The notes under the pieces are model-generated. The model was not told where the DNA came from, searched no databases, and worked only from the letters and a program-made list of their open reading frames with translations. Shown here in pieces: positions 46,852-56,384 of a stretch of 64,000 bases of DNA. The stretch is from Patescibacteria group bacterium (GTDB lineage: Bacteria > Patescibacteriota > Patescibacteriia > Veblenbacterales > UBA10138). How positions within the stretch are numbered: the stretch's first letter is position 1; each line of letters opens with the position of its first letter. The stretch covers positions 11,147 to 75,146 of the forward strand of contig JAHITT010000006.1 of the NCBI GenBank assembly GCA_018817715.1, read 5' to 3'. A program made the position numbers and the translations under genes.

Positions 46852-49407
46852 ATGACTGCTAAAAATAATTTAAGTAAACAAAAATCCGATAATGGTTGGC
46901 AATGGTGGAGTTTAAACTTGTCCACCTCAGCCAATCAGCTTAAAAAAAGTAAAATTAGTTTATCGCGTCACGTACTTAATTTAAGGGCTGATTTAAAGCC
47001 AATTATTGAAGAGGCGCCAATTAAACAGGTGCCCAACGTAGTTTTACCAAAAGTCTGGCCTAAAAAAAATAATGACTTTAAATTAAAAAAATCTGTCAAA
47101 GGATTAAATCATTATTTTAATCAGGTATTAAAAAGGGGGAGTGGTCGTTATTATAACCAAGCGCGCGATGTTAGTTTAATAGTTTTAGTCGAAACGGTTT
47201 TGTGGTTAAGCGAAGCTGTTTGGTACTTATTGTTATCAGCTTTTTTAAATGTTTATCAAGAATCCGGCCCTTTAATAAAGGATATTAAGGCGGATATTAA
47301 AGAGTTTAAACGTCTACTTGGTTTGGCTATGTTTTCTCCGTGGCGTTTAATAACTGTTAGTCAAAGTTCTAACTCTAAATCTTCGGCTGGTCAGCGGGTG
47401 GATTTAACTTTGCCGGTTGATAAAAAAAAGATAGTTTGGTTGCAAGCGGCCGGCTTTATGATTTTGTCGTTGGTTATAGTGGTGCCCTTTAAAGTAGTGG
47501 CCACTTGGCAATCTTTGCAGGAGCGTCAGTCCACGGTTATGTCTTTATCACATCAAGCTATTGAGATGATTAAAAATGGCACAGTTAATTTGAGTAATGG
47601 TGATATTGATATGGCTGGTGATAATTTCAATCAGGCCGCCGCTACTTTTGACCAAGCGGCTAAACAATTACAGCTCTGGCCAGAAAGAGTTATGGTTCTG
47701 TTATCCCGTTTGCCGGGCAAACCGCAACAGTATGTGGCCGGTAGTTATTTACTTCAAGCTAGTCGGGAGGTTTCTCAGGCAGCTGTTTTGGCTGTGGAAT
47801 CTTGGCGCAGTATTATTGGCGCCACACCAGAGCAATTAGGTAACCACTTAGGGGATACCTTATCTGTTTTAGAAAATACTTTACAAGAAATTCAACCTCA
47901 TTTGGATAAAGCCGCTGATAATTTAAGCAAAGTGGATCCAGATTCTCTACCCCAAGAACTTAAAGAACGTTTTGTTTTACTGCGTCAGGAACTTAATCAG
48001 TTAAATGGTTTGCTCCATAATTTAATGGCTTTACCGGTTTTTTTACAGCGAGTTGTTGGCCAAACCGAAAGCAAAACTTATGTAGTAGTTTTTCAAAATT
48101 CTAGTGAACTTAGGCCCACTGGCGGTTTTATGGGTAGTTTAGCTTTTTTGGATATAAGTCAGGGTGCGGTACAAAAAGTTAATATTCCTGGGGGCGGACC
48201 TTATGATTTTCAAGGTTCTTTAAGTCGTTTAATCAGCCCACCACCGCCTTTACGTTTGGTGCGGGGTACTTGGCAATTGCAAGATGCTAATTGGTGGTTT
48301 GATTGGCCAACCTCGGCTAAAAAAATTCAATGGTTTATTACTGAATCAGGCGGTCCCAGTACCAACGGCGTAATTGCTATAACACCGGACTTGGTACTGG
48401 ATTTGCTTAAATTAACCGGCCCGCTGGATTTTCCAACTTACAACAAAGTTTTAACGGCTGATAATTTTTTGCGGGAAACCCAACTGGCTGTGGAAGTGGA
48501 TTATGATAGACAGGCTAATAGACCTAAACAATTCATTGCCGATTTAGCACCTTTGTTAGTGGAAAAAGTTATGCAGTTGTCGCCGGCTAAAAAAGGCCAG
48601 GCCTTATTGTTGTTGGAAAAAGCTTTAGCTAGTCGCAGTTTGCAATTTTATTTAAGCGATCCTAATTTACAAGCGGAAATTTTAACTTATGGTTGGGCCG
48701 GCCAAGTAAAAAGCGTGCCCATGGATTATTTAGCCGTGGTGCGCACTAATATCGGTGGCGGTAAAACCGATTTAGTTACCCAAGATACTTTGCGCCACAG
48801 TGTAGAAATAACCCCGACTGGCGAAATGATTGCCAAAATTAGTTATCAGCGCCAACATCAAGGGCGAGCTGAGGATATTTTTGAAAAAAGACGAAATGTT
48901 GATTATGTTAGATTTTATTTACCTTTAGGTTCTACTCTTTTATTGGCTCGTGGTTTTACACCGCCGCCAGATAATTATTTTAGAGCCGTGCCCGAGGAAG
49001 CGGAATTGGACGAAGATTTAAGATTGCACGAAGAATATATAGCTACAGATAAAGAGTCGGGCACCAGAATTAGCGAAGAATCTGGTAAAACGGTTTTTGC
49101 TAACTGGCTTAGCGTAGCTCCTGGGGAAACGCAAGAAGTAAACTTGGTTTATAAATTACCTTTTGTTTTGCCCTCCACCGCTGGTTGGCAAGATTTACGG
49201 CGTTATCAAATATATTTCCAAAGGCAGGCTGGTGTTCAGCCAATTGATTTTTTGTCTACAGTCACTTGGCCTAAAGATTGGTCGGTCCGTTGGCAAAACT
49301 CTTCCGATAGTTTGCGCAAACAAGACAATCAACTAATTTTTACCAGTGATTTATCCAAAGACGCTTATTATGGTTTGATTTTAGAAAATTTATCAGCAGC
49401 TAATTAG
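46852..49407 (+). CDS. DUF4012 domain membrane-anchored protein
   Basis: FQNSSELRPTGGFMGS, DANWWFDWPTSA, NIGGGKTD. Confidence 0.85.
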   Translation: MTAKNNLSKQKSDNGWQWWSLNLSTSANQLKKSKISLSRHVLNLRADLKPIIEEAPIKQVPNVVLPKVWPKKNNDFKLKKSVKGLNHYFNQVLKRGSGRYYNQARDVSLIVLVETVLWLSEAVWYLLLSAFLNVYQESGPLIKDIKADIKEFKRLLGLAMFSPWRLITVSQSSNSKSSAGQRVDLTLPVDKKKIVWLQAAGFMILSLVIVVPFKVVATWQSLQERQSTVMSLSHQAIEMIKNGTVNLSNGDIDMAGDNFNQAAATFDQAAKQLQLWPERVMVLLSRLPGKPQQYVAGSYLLQASREVSQAAVLAVESWRSIIGATPEQLGNHLGDTLSVLENTLQEIQPHLDKAADNLSKVDPDSLPQELKERFVLLRQELNQLNGLLHNLMALPVFLQRVVGQTESKTYVVVFQNSSELRPTGGFMGSLAFLDISQGAVQKVNIPGGGPYDFQGSLSRLISPPPPLRLVRGTWQLQDANWWFDWPTSAKKIQWFITESGGPSTNGVIAITPDLVLDLLKLTGPLDFPTYNKVLTADNFLRETQLAVEVDYDRQANRPKQFIADLAPLLVEKVMQLSPAKKGQALLLLEKALASRSLQFYLSDPNLQAEILTYGWAGQVKSVPMDYLAVVRTNIGGGKTDLVTQDTLRHSVEITPTGEMIAKISYQRQHQGRAEDIFEKRRNVDYVRFYLPLGSTLLLARGFTPPPDNYFRAVPEEAELDEDLRLHEEYIATDKESGTRISEESGKTVFANWLSVAPGETQEVNLVYKLPFVLPSTAGWQDLRRYQIYFQRQAGVQPIDFLSTVTWPKDWSVRWQNSSDSLRKQDNQLIFTSDLSKDAYYGLILENLSAAN

Positions 49408-49409
49408 TA

Positions 49410-49438
49410 TTGACTTTATCTTTAATATGTGGTATCAT
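49410..49438 (+). promoter_or_regulatory. sigma70 promoter for intergenic RNA
   Basis: TTGACT-17-TATCAT with extended TG. Confidence 0.7.
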
Positions 49439-49445
49439 TAGTAAT

Positions 49446-49600
49446 ATAAGATCCTGACTGGTTGGAGGACATTAGAGAATGACTATAGAGGACTGTACGG
49501 GTAAGCCATTAGATGGTTTAAGCTGTGCACCTTCGTTTGCTTGGATACCAACATTTGGTCACTCTAAGCCTTCTCACCTCCAGCCAATCGGGATTTTTTT
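49446..49600 (+). ncRNA. putative 6S RNA-like rod-shaped ncRNA
   Basis: Long closing stem 49448-49468/49577-49597, inner helices flanking unpaired segments, apical hairpin, own promoter, U-tail. Confidence 0.6.
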
Positions 49601-49614
49601 TGGCCAAAATTATT

Positions 49615-51204
49615 ATGAAGCCAACTACTAGCAGTCTTAGTTTAATTAGTCGCGGCGCTATTATTATAGCCGCTTTTTCAATTTTATCGCGCTTGTTAGG
49701 CCTGGTCAGAGATCGTTTATTAGCCTCAACCTTTGGTGCTACCGCTACCCTGGACGCTTACTACGCCGCTTTTAAATTGCCGGACTTTATTTTTAATACC
49801 TTTGTTTTAGGGGCTTTAGCCGTGGCTTTTATTCCTTCTTACATTCGTTTAAAAAACGAGGCCGGCCCTAACCAAGCTTGGTTATTGGTTAGTCGACTGT
49901 TAAATTGGTTAGTAATTTTTTTATTAGCCGCCGCTATTGTAGGCATAATTTTTGCTAATCACTTGGTGCCCATTATTGCACCGGGTTTTTCTTTGGAGAC
50001 CTTGGCCTTGTCTGTTAGATTAACCAGGTTAATGCTCTTGTCTATAGTGGTTTTTGGCGCTTCTAATTTATTAGGTTCGGTTTTACAAGCCGAGCGTAGG
50101 TTTACCGCTTATGCTTTGGCTCCAGTTTTATACAACCTGGGTTTAATTTTTGGCATTGTTTTATTAGTGCCGTATGTGGGTATTATTGGTTTGGCTTGGG
50201 GAGTTTTAATCGGTAGCTTCGGCCACTTACTGGTTCAATTACCAGCTGTTTTAAAGTTAGGTTTTAAATGGCAAGCCAGTTTTGATTGGCGAGATAAATA
50301 TTTTAAGCAAGTTTTTAAATTATTATTACCTCGAACCTTCGGTTTAGCGGCCAGTTCTTTAAACGATATTATTACAGCCGCTTTTATTTCTCATTTAGCC
50401 GCTGGTAGTTTGGCGGCTTTTGCTTTAGCTGTTAATTTACACAGTTTTCCCATAAATGTTTTTGGCGTTTCTTTAGCCATAGCGGTTTTTCCTTTGTTTA
50501 GCCAAGCTTTTAGTTTAAGCCGGCCCGATGATTTTAGGCAGCAATTTGTAGCTAGTGTACGGCGTATTTTATTTTATATTTTGCCAGTGGCGGTCATGCT
50601 CCTTGTTTTACGAGCCCAAATTGTTCGAGTGGTTTTAGGTAGCGGTTCCTTTGATTGGTTAGCTACTATTCGCACCGCTCAAATGTTGGGCTTTTTGGCT
50701 TTAGCTTTGGTATCAGACAGTTTAATACCTTTAGTGGCGCGGGCTTTTTACGCTTTACCCGACACCAAAACTCCGGTGATTGCCTCACTAGCAAGTTTGC
50801 TGGTCAATGTATCTTTATTAATAACACTGCGGCCCTTAGGTTTAACCGGCATTGGCTTAGCTTATGTGGCAGCCAGTTTAACCAATTTATGTTTACTGCT
50901 GTGGTTATTAAGCCGGCGTTTAGGTTCTTTGGGTAGCCAAGAAATTATTGCTGGCCTTAAACCAATGATGGCGGCTGCTTTTTTAGCCGGCAGCGTGGCT
51001 TATCTAGTTTTGCGCTTAATGGCGCCTGTGGTAGATATGCGCACTTTTGTCGGTATTTTTAGCCAAGGCTTGGTGGCCGGCTTATCAGGTGTAGCGGTTT
51101 ATGTTACTTTAGTTTATATTTGGCGCTTGGCTGAAGTTAAATTTATAAAACAAATCTGGTTAAGCGGCCAAACTTTTGTAAAAAGATTATGGATCAGAAA
51201 TTAA
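49615..51204 (+). CDS. murJ: lipid II flippase MurJ
   Basis: SRLLGLVRD, DAYYAAFKLPD, RAFYA..DTKTP; start moved to ATG 49615. Confidence 0.92.
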   Translation: MKPTTSSLSLISRGAIIIAAFSILSRLLGLVRDRLLASTFGATATLDAYYAAFKLPDFIFNTFVLGALAVAFIPSYIRLKNEAGPNQAWLLVSRLLNWLVIFLLAAAIVGIIFANHLVPIIAPGFSLETLALSVRLTRLMLLSIVVFGASNLLGSVLQAERRFTAYALAPVLYNLGLIFGIVLLVPYVGIIGLAWGVLIGSFGHLLVQLPAVLKLGFKWQASFDWRDKYFKQVFKLLLPRTFGLAASSLNDIITAAFISHLAAGSLAAFALAVNLHSFPINVFGVSLAIAVFPLFSQAFSLSRPDDFRQQFVASVRRILFYILPVAVMLLVLRAQIVRVVLGSGSFDWLATIRTAQMLGFLALALVSDSLIPLVARAFYALPDTKTPVIASLASLLVNVSLLITLRPLGLTGIGLAYVAASLTNLCLLLWLLSRRLGSLGSQEIIAGLKPMMAAAFLAGSVAYLVLRLMAPVVDMRTFVGIFSQGLVAGLSGVAVYVTLVYIWRLAEVKFIKQIWLSGQTFVKRLWIRN

Positions 51205-52979
51205 TAAGAAATTTTTGCATTATCGCGCACATTGATCACGGTAAATCTACCTTGGCCGATCGTTTTTTGGAAATTACCAAAACTGTTAACAGTCGGGAAA
51301 TGAAAAATCAACTGCTGGACCAAATGGATTTAGAAAGAGAGCGGGGAATAACCATTAAACTTCAGCCGGTCAGTATGCAATGGCAAGGCCATTATTTGAA
51401 TTTAATTGATACACCCGGCCACGTGGATTTTAGTTATGAAGTTTCTCGGTCTTTGCAGGCGGTGGAAGGCGCTATTTTGTTGGTGGATGCCACTCAGGGT
51501 ATTCAAGCGCAAACTTTAGCTAATTTTGAATTGGCTAAAGAACAAGGTTTAACTATAATACCGGTTATTAATAAATTAGATTTGCCAGCGGCCGATCCCG
51601 ACAAGGTGGCCGCCGAATTAGCTGATTTATTACAAATTGAACCTTCGGAGGTGCTGCGAGTTTCGGCCAAAGAGGGTAGTGGGGTAGCCGAGGTGCTTAA
51701 TGAGGTAATAAAAAAAGTTCCCTCACCTAAATTTAATTTACAAACTACTGGTCGAGCTTTAATTTTTGATTCACGTTACGATGATTTTCGCGGAGTGGTG
51801 GCTTCGGTCCGTTTAACTGACGGACAAATTAAAACCGGTGATAAATATTGGTTATTAGGCAGTCAGGATAATGGTGAAATTTTAGAAACCGGAGTTTACT
51901 CACCCAAGTATAACAAAACTAAAGATTTAGTAGCTGGCCAAATTGGTTACATAGTTACTGGTCTAAAAGATATTAGGCAGGTCCGGGTGGGGGATACTTT
52001 AGCTGTTAGTAAACAAGCCCAGCCCTTGCCTGGTTATGTGGAAGTAAAACCTATGGTCTATGCTGGTTTATACCCGGGAGCTGGGGAAAATCCTTCTAAA
52101 TTACGGGAAGCTTTAGAAAAATTAAAATTAAACGATGCTAGTTTAATGTATGAAGGTGAACATTCACCAGCCTTAGGCTATGGCTTTCGTTGTGGCTTTT
52201 TAGGTTTATTACATTTAGATGTAACTCGCGAGAGATTACAACGGGAATATGATTTAGCGGTTATTATTACCACGCCGTCTGTGGCCTATGAAGTTGTTAC
52301 TAATAAAAATGAAACTTTTATTGTACGAGGTGCTTTGGATTTACCAGCTAGGGAAAACATAAAATCCATTAAAGAGCCGATGGTGCGGGTGGATATGGTA
52401 ACACCTTCAGAATACATTGGTAATTTAATGGGCGTGGCCCAGGATTTTCGTGGACTTTATTTAACCACTGATTATTTAGGTGGCCAACACAATCAGGCGC
52501 GAGCTGTTTTGCGTTATGAAATGCCTTTAAGCGCGATTTTGGTGGATTTTTATGATCAAATTAAAGGAGTAAGCGCTGGTTATGCTTCTTTGAATTATGA
52601 ATTTTTAGAATATCGGGATTGTGATATAAAACGTTTGGATATTTTAGTGGCCGATGAAGTGGTGGAAGCTTTAGCCACTATAGTTTACACAGACGAAGCT
52701 TATCGCCGAGCCAGAACCATTGTTGGCAAATTAAAAGATTTATTGCCTCGCCAAATGTTTGAAGTAAAAATTCAAGCCGCTTTTGGTGCCAAGGTTTTAG
52801 CTTCGGAGCGAATTCCCGCTATGCGCAAGGATGTTACGGCTAAATTATACGGCGGTGATGTTACTCGAAAAAGAAAATTATTAGAAAAACAAAAAGCCGG
52901 TAAAAAGCGTATGCGTTTGCAGGGTAAGGTGGCTATACCAAGCAAAGCCTATTTAGCTTTAATCAGCCGGCAAGAGTAG
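51189..52979 (+). CDS. lepA: translation elongation factor 4
   Basis: IRNFCIIAHIDHGKSTLADR, GFRCGFLGLLH, YGGDVTRKRKLLEKQK. Confidence 0.97.
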   Translation: MDQKLIRNFCIIAHIDHGKSTLADRFLEITKTVNSREMKNQLLDQMDLERERGITIKLQPVSMQWQGHYLNLIDTPGHVDFSYEVSRSLQAVEGAILLVDATQGIQAQTLANFELAKEQGLTIIPVINKLDLPAADPDKVAAELADLLQIEPSEVLRVSAKEGSGVAEVLNEVIKKVPSPKFNLQTTGRALIFDSRYDDFRGVVASVRLTDGQIKTGDKYWLLGSQDNGEILETGVYSPKYNKTKDLVAGQIGYIVTGLKDIRQVRVGDTLAVSKQAQPLPGYVEVKPMVYAGLYPGAGENPSKLREALEKLKLNDASLMYEGEHSPALGYGFRCGFLGLLHLDVTRERLQREYDLAVIITTPSVAYEVVTNKNETFIVRGALDLPARENIKSIKEPMVRVDMVTPSEYIGNLMGVAQDFRGLYLTTDYLGGQHNQARAVLRYEMPLSAILVDFYDQIKGVSAGYASLNYEFLEYRDCDIKRLDILVADEVVEALATIVYTDEAYRRARTIVGKLKDLLPRQMFEVKIQAAFGAKVLASERIPAMRKDVTAKLYGGDVTRKRKLLEKQKAGKKRMRLQGKVAIPSKAYLALISRQE

Positions 52980-52984
52980 AAAAA

Positions 52985-53053
52985 TTAAAAGTTAGAATTT
53001 AGAATAATTAAAAATCTTAATTCATACTTCATAATTCGTAATTCTTATTCTAA
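52985..53053. repeat. degenerate heptamer repeats in inverted arrangement
   Basis: TTAGAAT-type units facing AATTC(A/G/T)T-type units. Confidence 0.5.
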
Positions 53054-53151
53054 AGAAAGGCTGGGCTAACAGTTAGCAAAACCATCATTACAGCCACGAT
53101 AATGCTTACTACCAACCAAACTTTATTGCGCCAAGAATGTTTTTTCGACAT
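53050..53151 (-). CDS. 33-aa single-pass membrane peptide (not in ORF track)
   Basis: ATG..TAG, MSKKHSWRNKVWLVVSIIVAVMMVLLTVSPAFL: basic N-terminus then one TM helix. Confidence 0.6.
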   Translation of the reverse strand: MSKKHSWRNKVWLVVSIIVAVMMVLLTVSPAFL

Positions 53152-53203
53152 AATAAATTAACAGAATAAAAAAGTTAGGCTTAAGAATTTAACAAAATTC
53201 AAA

Positions 53204-53641
53204 TTAATTAAAACTATTAAAGTTTTTTAATTTATTTATAACTTCCGGATATTCTTTAAACAAATTAATTACAGGTAGCATTAATGGTTTGGGTAAATTA
53301 TTTAAAGAATACCAACCAATTTCCTTAATTTTATCCGGTTCTCCTATAATCGGTTTTCCAGAAACACCCTTAGCTATAAAATCAACATTTACATAATGTT
53401 TTTTTGGAGAAAAAATATTATTTACTACACCAATTATTTCAATATCTGTTAAATTTAAACCTACTTCTTCTTTTACTTCTTTTTTACAGCAATCTAAAAA
53501 ACTTTCGTTCATTTCTAGGTGTCCACCAGGCGGGCACCATGTACCAGGTTCATGAGCGCTGGTCCGCAATGTTAACAAAAGATTACCTTTGCCGTCGGAT
53601 ATGTATATACCAATACCTACCTTAGGCCTGATTATATCCAT
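53204..53641 (-). CDS. NUDIX hydrolase (NUDT15/MutT-like)
   Basis: PKVGIG, PGGHLEMNES..CCKKEVKEEVGL, EPDK. Confidence 0.88.
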   Translation of the reverse strand: MDIIRPKVGIGIYISDGKGNLLLTLRTSAHEPGTWCPPGGHLEMNESFLDCCKKEVKEEVGLNLTDIEIIGVVNNIFSPKKHYVNVDFIAKGVSGKPIIGEPDKIKEIGWYSLNNLPKPLMLPVINLFKEYPEVINKLKNFNSFN

Positions 53642-53684
53642 AATTTTAAATTAAAAGTATAATGCACTTAAGTAATTAACTTAT

Positions 53685-54170
53685 ATGATTAACCTTAGCA
53701 AATACTTGGAACCTGGTGAAGTGGTTACAGCAACTTATCAGCCAATCTTACTAAGCCAAGGCTGGACTATTTTTTGGGGCAGTTTAGCGTGGGCCTTGGC
53801 TTTATTTTTAGTTTGGCCCTTAATTAACCAAGGCCAGTGGGGATTAATTGGTTTAGGCTTATTAATTATTGTCGGTAGTTATTGGTTACTGAGGGCACGG
53901 TTATTGTGGCGCGGTACTTTATTATTACTCACCGAAAAACGTTTAATTGATATTAATCGCTTAGGTTTATTTAAAGAAGTTGTTTCTCAGGTGGCCTATG
54001 TAAATTTGGAAGATGTTAATTGGACTAAGCCTGGTTTAGCAGCTCAATTATTAAATTACGGCACCGTGGCGGTAAGTTATAGCCACGGCACTATAAAATT
54101 AAATTTTAGTCACATAAAAAATCCTAAGGAATTGGCCACTAAAATTATTAGCCAGCAAAATTCTGTTTAA
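53685..54170 (+). CDS. membrane protein with bacterial PH domain
   Basis: Two TM helices, LTEKRLI, LLNYGTV, IKNP. Confidence 0.75.
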   Translation: MINLSKYLEPGEVVTATYQPILLSQGWTIFWGSLAWALALFLVWPLINQGQWGLIGLGLLIIVGSYWLLRARLLWRGTLLLLTEKRLIDINRLGLFKEVVSQVAYVNLEDVNWTKPGLAAQLLNYGTVAVSYSHGTIKLNFSHIKNPKELATKIISQQNSV

Positions 54171-54207
54171 TTTTTGTGATTAAGGGTTTAAGTTATATAA
54201 TGTAAAT

Positions 54208-54597
54208 ATGAGCAAACGTTATGATTTTTGGAGCATAGTAACTTCGCGAATTTTTTTGTTAGTGGCTTTGGTAGCTATAGTTATTATTGGTGTTGGAATA
54301 ACCAAAAGTTTATTAAGGCGGGCTGAACTGCAAAAAGAAATAAACCAATTGGAAAGCGACACCGCTGTTTTGGAAAATAAAAACAGTGAGTTGGGGAAAT
54401 TAATAGATTATTTAGCTACTGAGGAATTTAAAGAAAGAGAAGCTAGATTACGTTTAGGTTTGCAAAAGCCTGGTGAAACCGTGGTCGTTATACCTAGTTT
54501 AACTAATACTAACAGCCAAACCAATTTAACAAATCAACAATCTACTGCAGAATTAAGTAATTGGCAACGCTGGTTAAATTATTTTTTTAAGAAATAA
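54208..54597 (+). CDS. septum formation initiator (FtsB/DivIC family)
   Basis: TM, coiled coil, EREARLRLGLQKPGE. Confidence 0.85.
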   Translation: MSKRYDFWSIVTSRIFLLVALVAIVIIGVGITKSLLRRAELQKEINQLESDTAVLENKNSELGKLIDYLATEEFKEREARLRLGLQKPGETVVVIPSLTNTNSQTNLTNQQSTAELSNWQRWLNYFFKK

Positions 54598-54629
54598 TAA
54601 AAAGAATTCAGAATTAAGAGGGCTTGTTT

Positions 54630-55148
54630 TTAGACTATAGACAACACTCTGTTAATAAATTCTATTTTTTTACGATAGTATTCTTGTACGCTAAGGCCGT
54701 TACTTTTTTCTTTTAATTGTTGATAATCTTTAAGGCTTTTGGGATTATTTCGTAAATATGTTTCAAATTTAACAGCTTTTTTCCAATCAGCATGTTTTTT
54801 GTTAATTAAAAAAATATCAATATGCTTTCCTTGATACTTTGTTACAAATCTAATCCTTTCCAAGGGGTATAAACTTTTTGGCTCCCCGTACATTTTTTTT
54901 AAAGGTTTAATTAAAGAATTGAATTCAGTAGCTAAAACCGGAAGGTAAATATCAATTTCATCTTGTCCAGATATTCCCAAACTTGTTGCTCCATGATGTT
55001 CTACTTTTATTTTTTGACCTAGTACATTTTGAATTTTTTGCTTAACCTTTAAAAATTTTTCTTCAGCTGTTTGGTCAAAAGGAATAATTTTGATTTTATC
55101 AATAGTAGATAGGTGTTTAAGCCATTTTTCTTGTTTAAAGGTTATCAT
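54630..55148 (-). CDS. GrpB/UPF0157 nucleotidyltransferase-like protein
   Basis: EHHGATSL, EIDI, F..YLRNNP...Y..LK, Y..KK.EFI. Confidence 0.8.
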   Translation of the reverse strand: MITFKQEKWLKHLSTIDKIKIIPFDQTAEEKFLKVKQKIQNVLGQKIKVEHHGATSLGISGQDEIDIYLPVLATEFNSLIKPLKKMYGEPKSLYPLERIRFVTKYQGKHIDIFLINKKHADWKKAVKFETYLRNNPKSLKDYQQLKEKSNGLSVQEYYRKKIEFINRVLSIV

Positions 55149-55179
55149 ATTTACGGTTGATTATGGCTTTAGCAAAAAC

Positions 55180-55253
55180 TGGAGCCCTCTGCCAGAATCG
55201 AACTGGCGTATGCGGTTTACGATACCGCTGTTCTACCACTGAACTAAGAGGGC
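55180..55253 (-). tRNA. tRNA-Thr(CGT)
   Basis: GCCCTCT acceptor, anticodon arm GCGGT-ATCGTAA-ACCGC, TTCGA loop, encoded CCA. Confidence 0.93.
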
Positions 55254-55333
55254 TTGTTTGTTTATAAAACTGTACTAGGCTAAATTATTGCTTTTAAAAT
55301 GTGGCGTAAGTCAGCTGAAGCTTTAGCGAAAGC

Positions 55334-55407
55334 TGGAGCGGGTAACGGGACTCGAACCCGTCTCTCAACCTTGGGAAGGTCGCATAATACCCCTATACTA
55401 TACCCGC
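55334..55407 (-). tRNA. tRNA-Gly(CCC)
   Basis: GCGGGTA acceptor, CGACC-TTCCCAA-GGTTG arm, GTTCGAG loop, TCCA end. Confidence 0.94.
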
Positions 55408-55457
55408 TTAATTTTGGGGAAGTTTACCTTGTAGCCAAGCAATAGCTTGTGCTGCAG

Positions 55458-55488
55458 GGCTGACGTACTACCATTATACTAATTCCGC
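55458..55488 (-). pseudogene. 5'-half relic of a tRNA-Gly-like gene
   Basis: GCGGAATTAGTATAATGGTAGTACGTCAGCC: acceptor strand, D-arm and anticodon 5' strand, then an unrelated hairpin. Confidence 0.6.
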
Positions 55489-55632
55489 TAAGGACTCTTA
55501 ATTTAACCAAGACTTTTTATAGTATATCGTAATTTAGCTTAACAAGTATAGTAATCAAACAATCAAAAATCAAGGTTGGTTAAGATAAAAATTACCTAGC
55601 CTAGATAAATTTATGCTATAGTATAAAATATT

Positions 55633-56322
55633 ATGGCTTTAATTGAATTTCGCAACATTAGCAAAATATACCCTGGCAATATTACAGCCTTAAAAGAGGT
55701 TAACTGGTCTATTGAAGAAGGGGAATTTGTTTCTTTGGTGGGCCAAAGCGGTACTGGTAAAACCACTTTGGTACGTTTGTTAATTGCCGAAGAAAAGCCA
55801 ACAGCTGGTCGTATTTTGATTAGTGGTTGGGATATTACCAATGTCTCGGACAAAGAAATTCCTTTATTGCGTAAACAAATCGGTGTAGTTTTTCAAGATT
55901 TTAAGTTATTACCCCGTAAAACTGTTTACGAAAATATAGCTTTTGCTTTGGAAGTTTCTGGTTTAACTAAAGAAAAAATTGCCGGTATTGTCCCGCAGTT
56001 GTTAAAAATAGTGGGTCTAGATGAAAAGGCTAACCGTTTTCCTAAAGAAATTTCCGGTGGCGAGCAACAACGAGTGGTAATTGCCCGAGCCTTGGCTCAT
56101 CGGCCAAAAATTTTGGTAGCCGACGAACCAACTGGCAACTTGGATTCCATTAACACCAAAGAAATAATCGAACTGCTTAAAAAAATAAATGAATTTGGCA
56201 CCACGGTTATTTTGGTTACTCATAACAAAGAAGTAGTTAACGATCTTAAACGTCGCGTGGTTATGATAGACAATGGACAAATATTATCCGACCATGCCAA
56301 AGGCCGTTACATACTTAAATAA
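55633..56322 (+). CDS. ftsE: cell division ATP-binding protein FtsE
   Basis: GQSGTGKTT, VFQDFKLL, SGGEQQR, ADEPTGNLD; adjacent to ftsX. Confidence 0.93.
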   Translation: MALIEFRNISKIYPGNITALKEVNWSIEEGEFVSLVGQSGTGKTTLVRLLIAEEKPTAGRILISGWDITNVSDKEIPLLRKQIGVVFQDFKLLPRKTVYENIAFALEVSGLTKEKIAGIVPQLLKIVGLDEKANRFPKEISGGEQQRVVIARALAHRPKILVADEPTGNLDSINTKEIIELLKKINEFGTTVILVTHNKEVVNDLKRRVVMIDNGQILSDHAKGRYILK

Positions 56323-56384
56323 TTTAAACTTTGCTATTAATTTGAAATTTAGAATTTGTTATTAGAAATTAGGATTTAAACTTT

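Noticed and set aside
49525-49614. 30-aa N-terminal extension of MurJ from GTG 49525
   Set aside because: Overlaps the structured RNA and its U-tail; MurJ homology starts after ATG 49615
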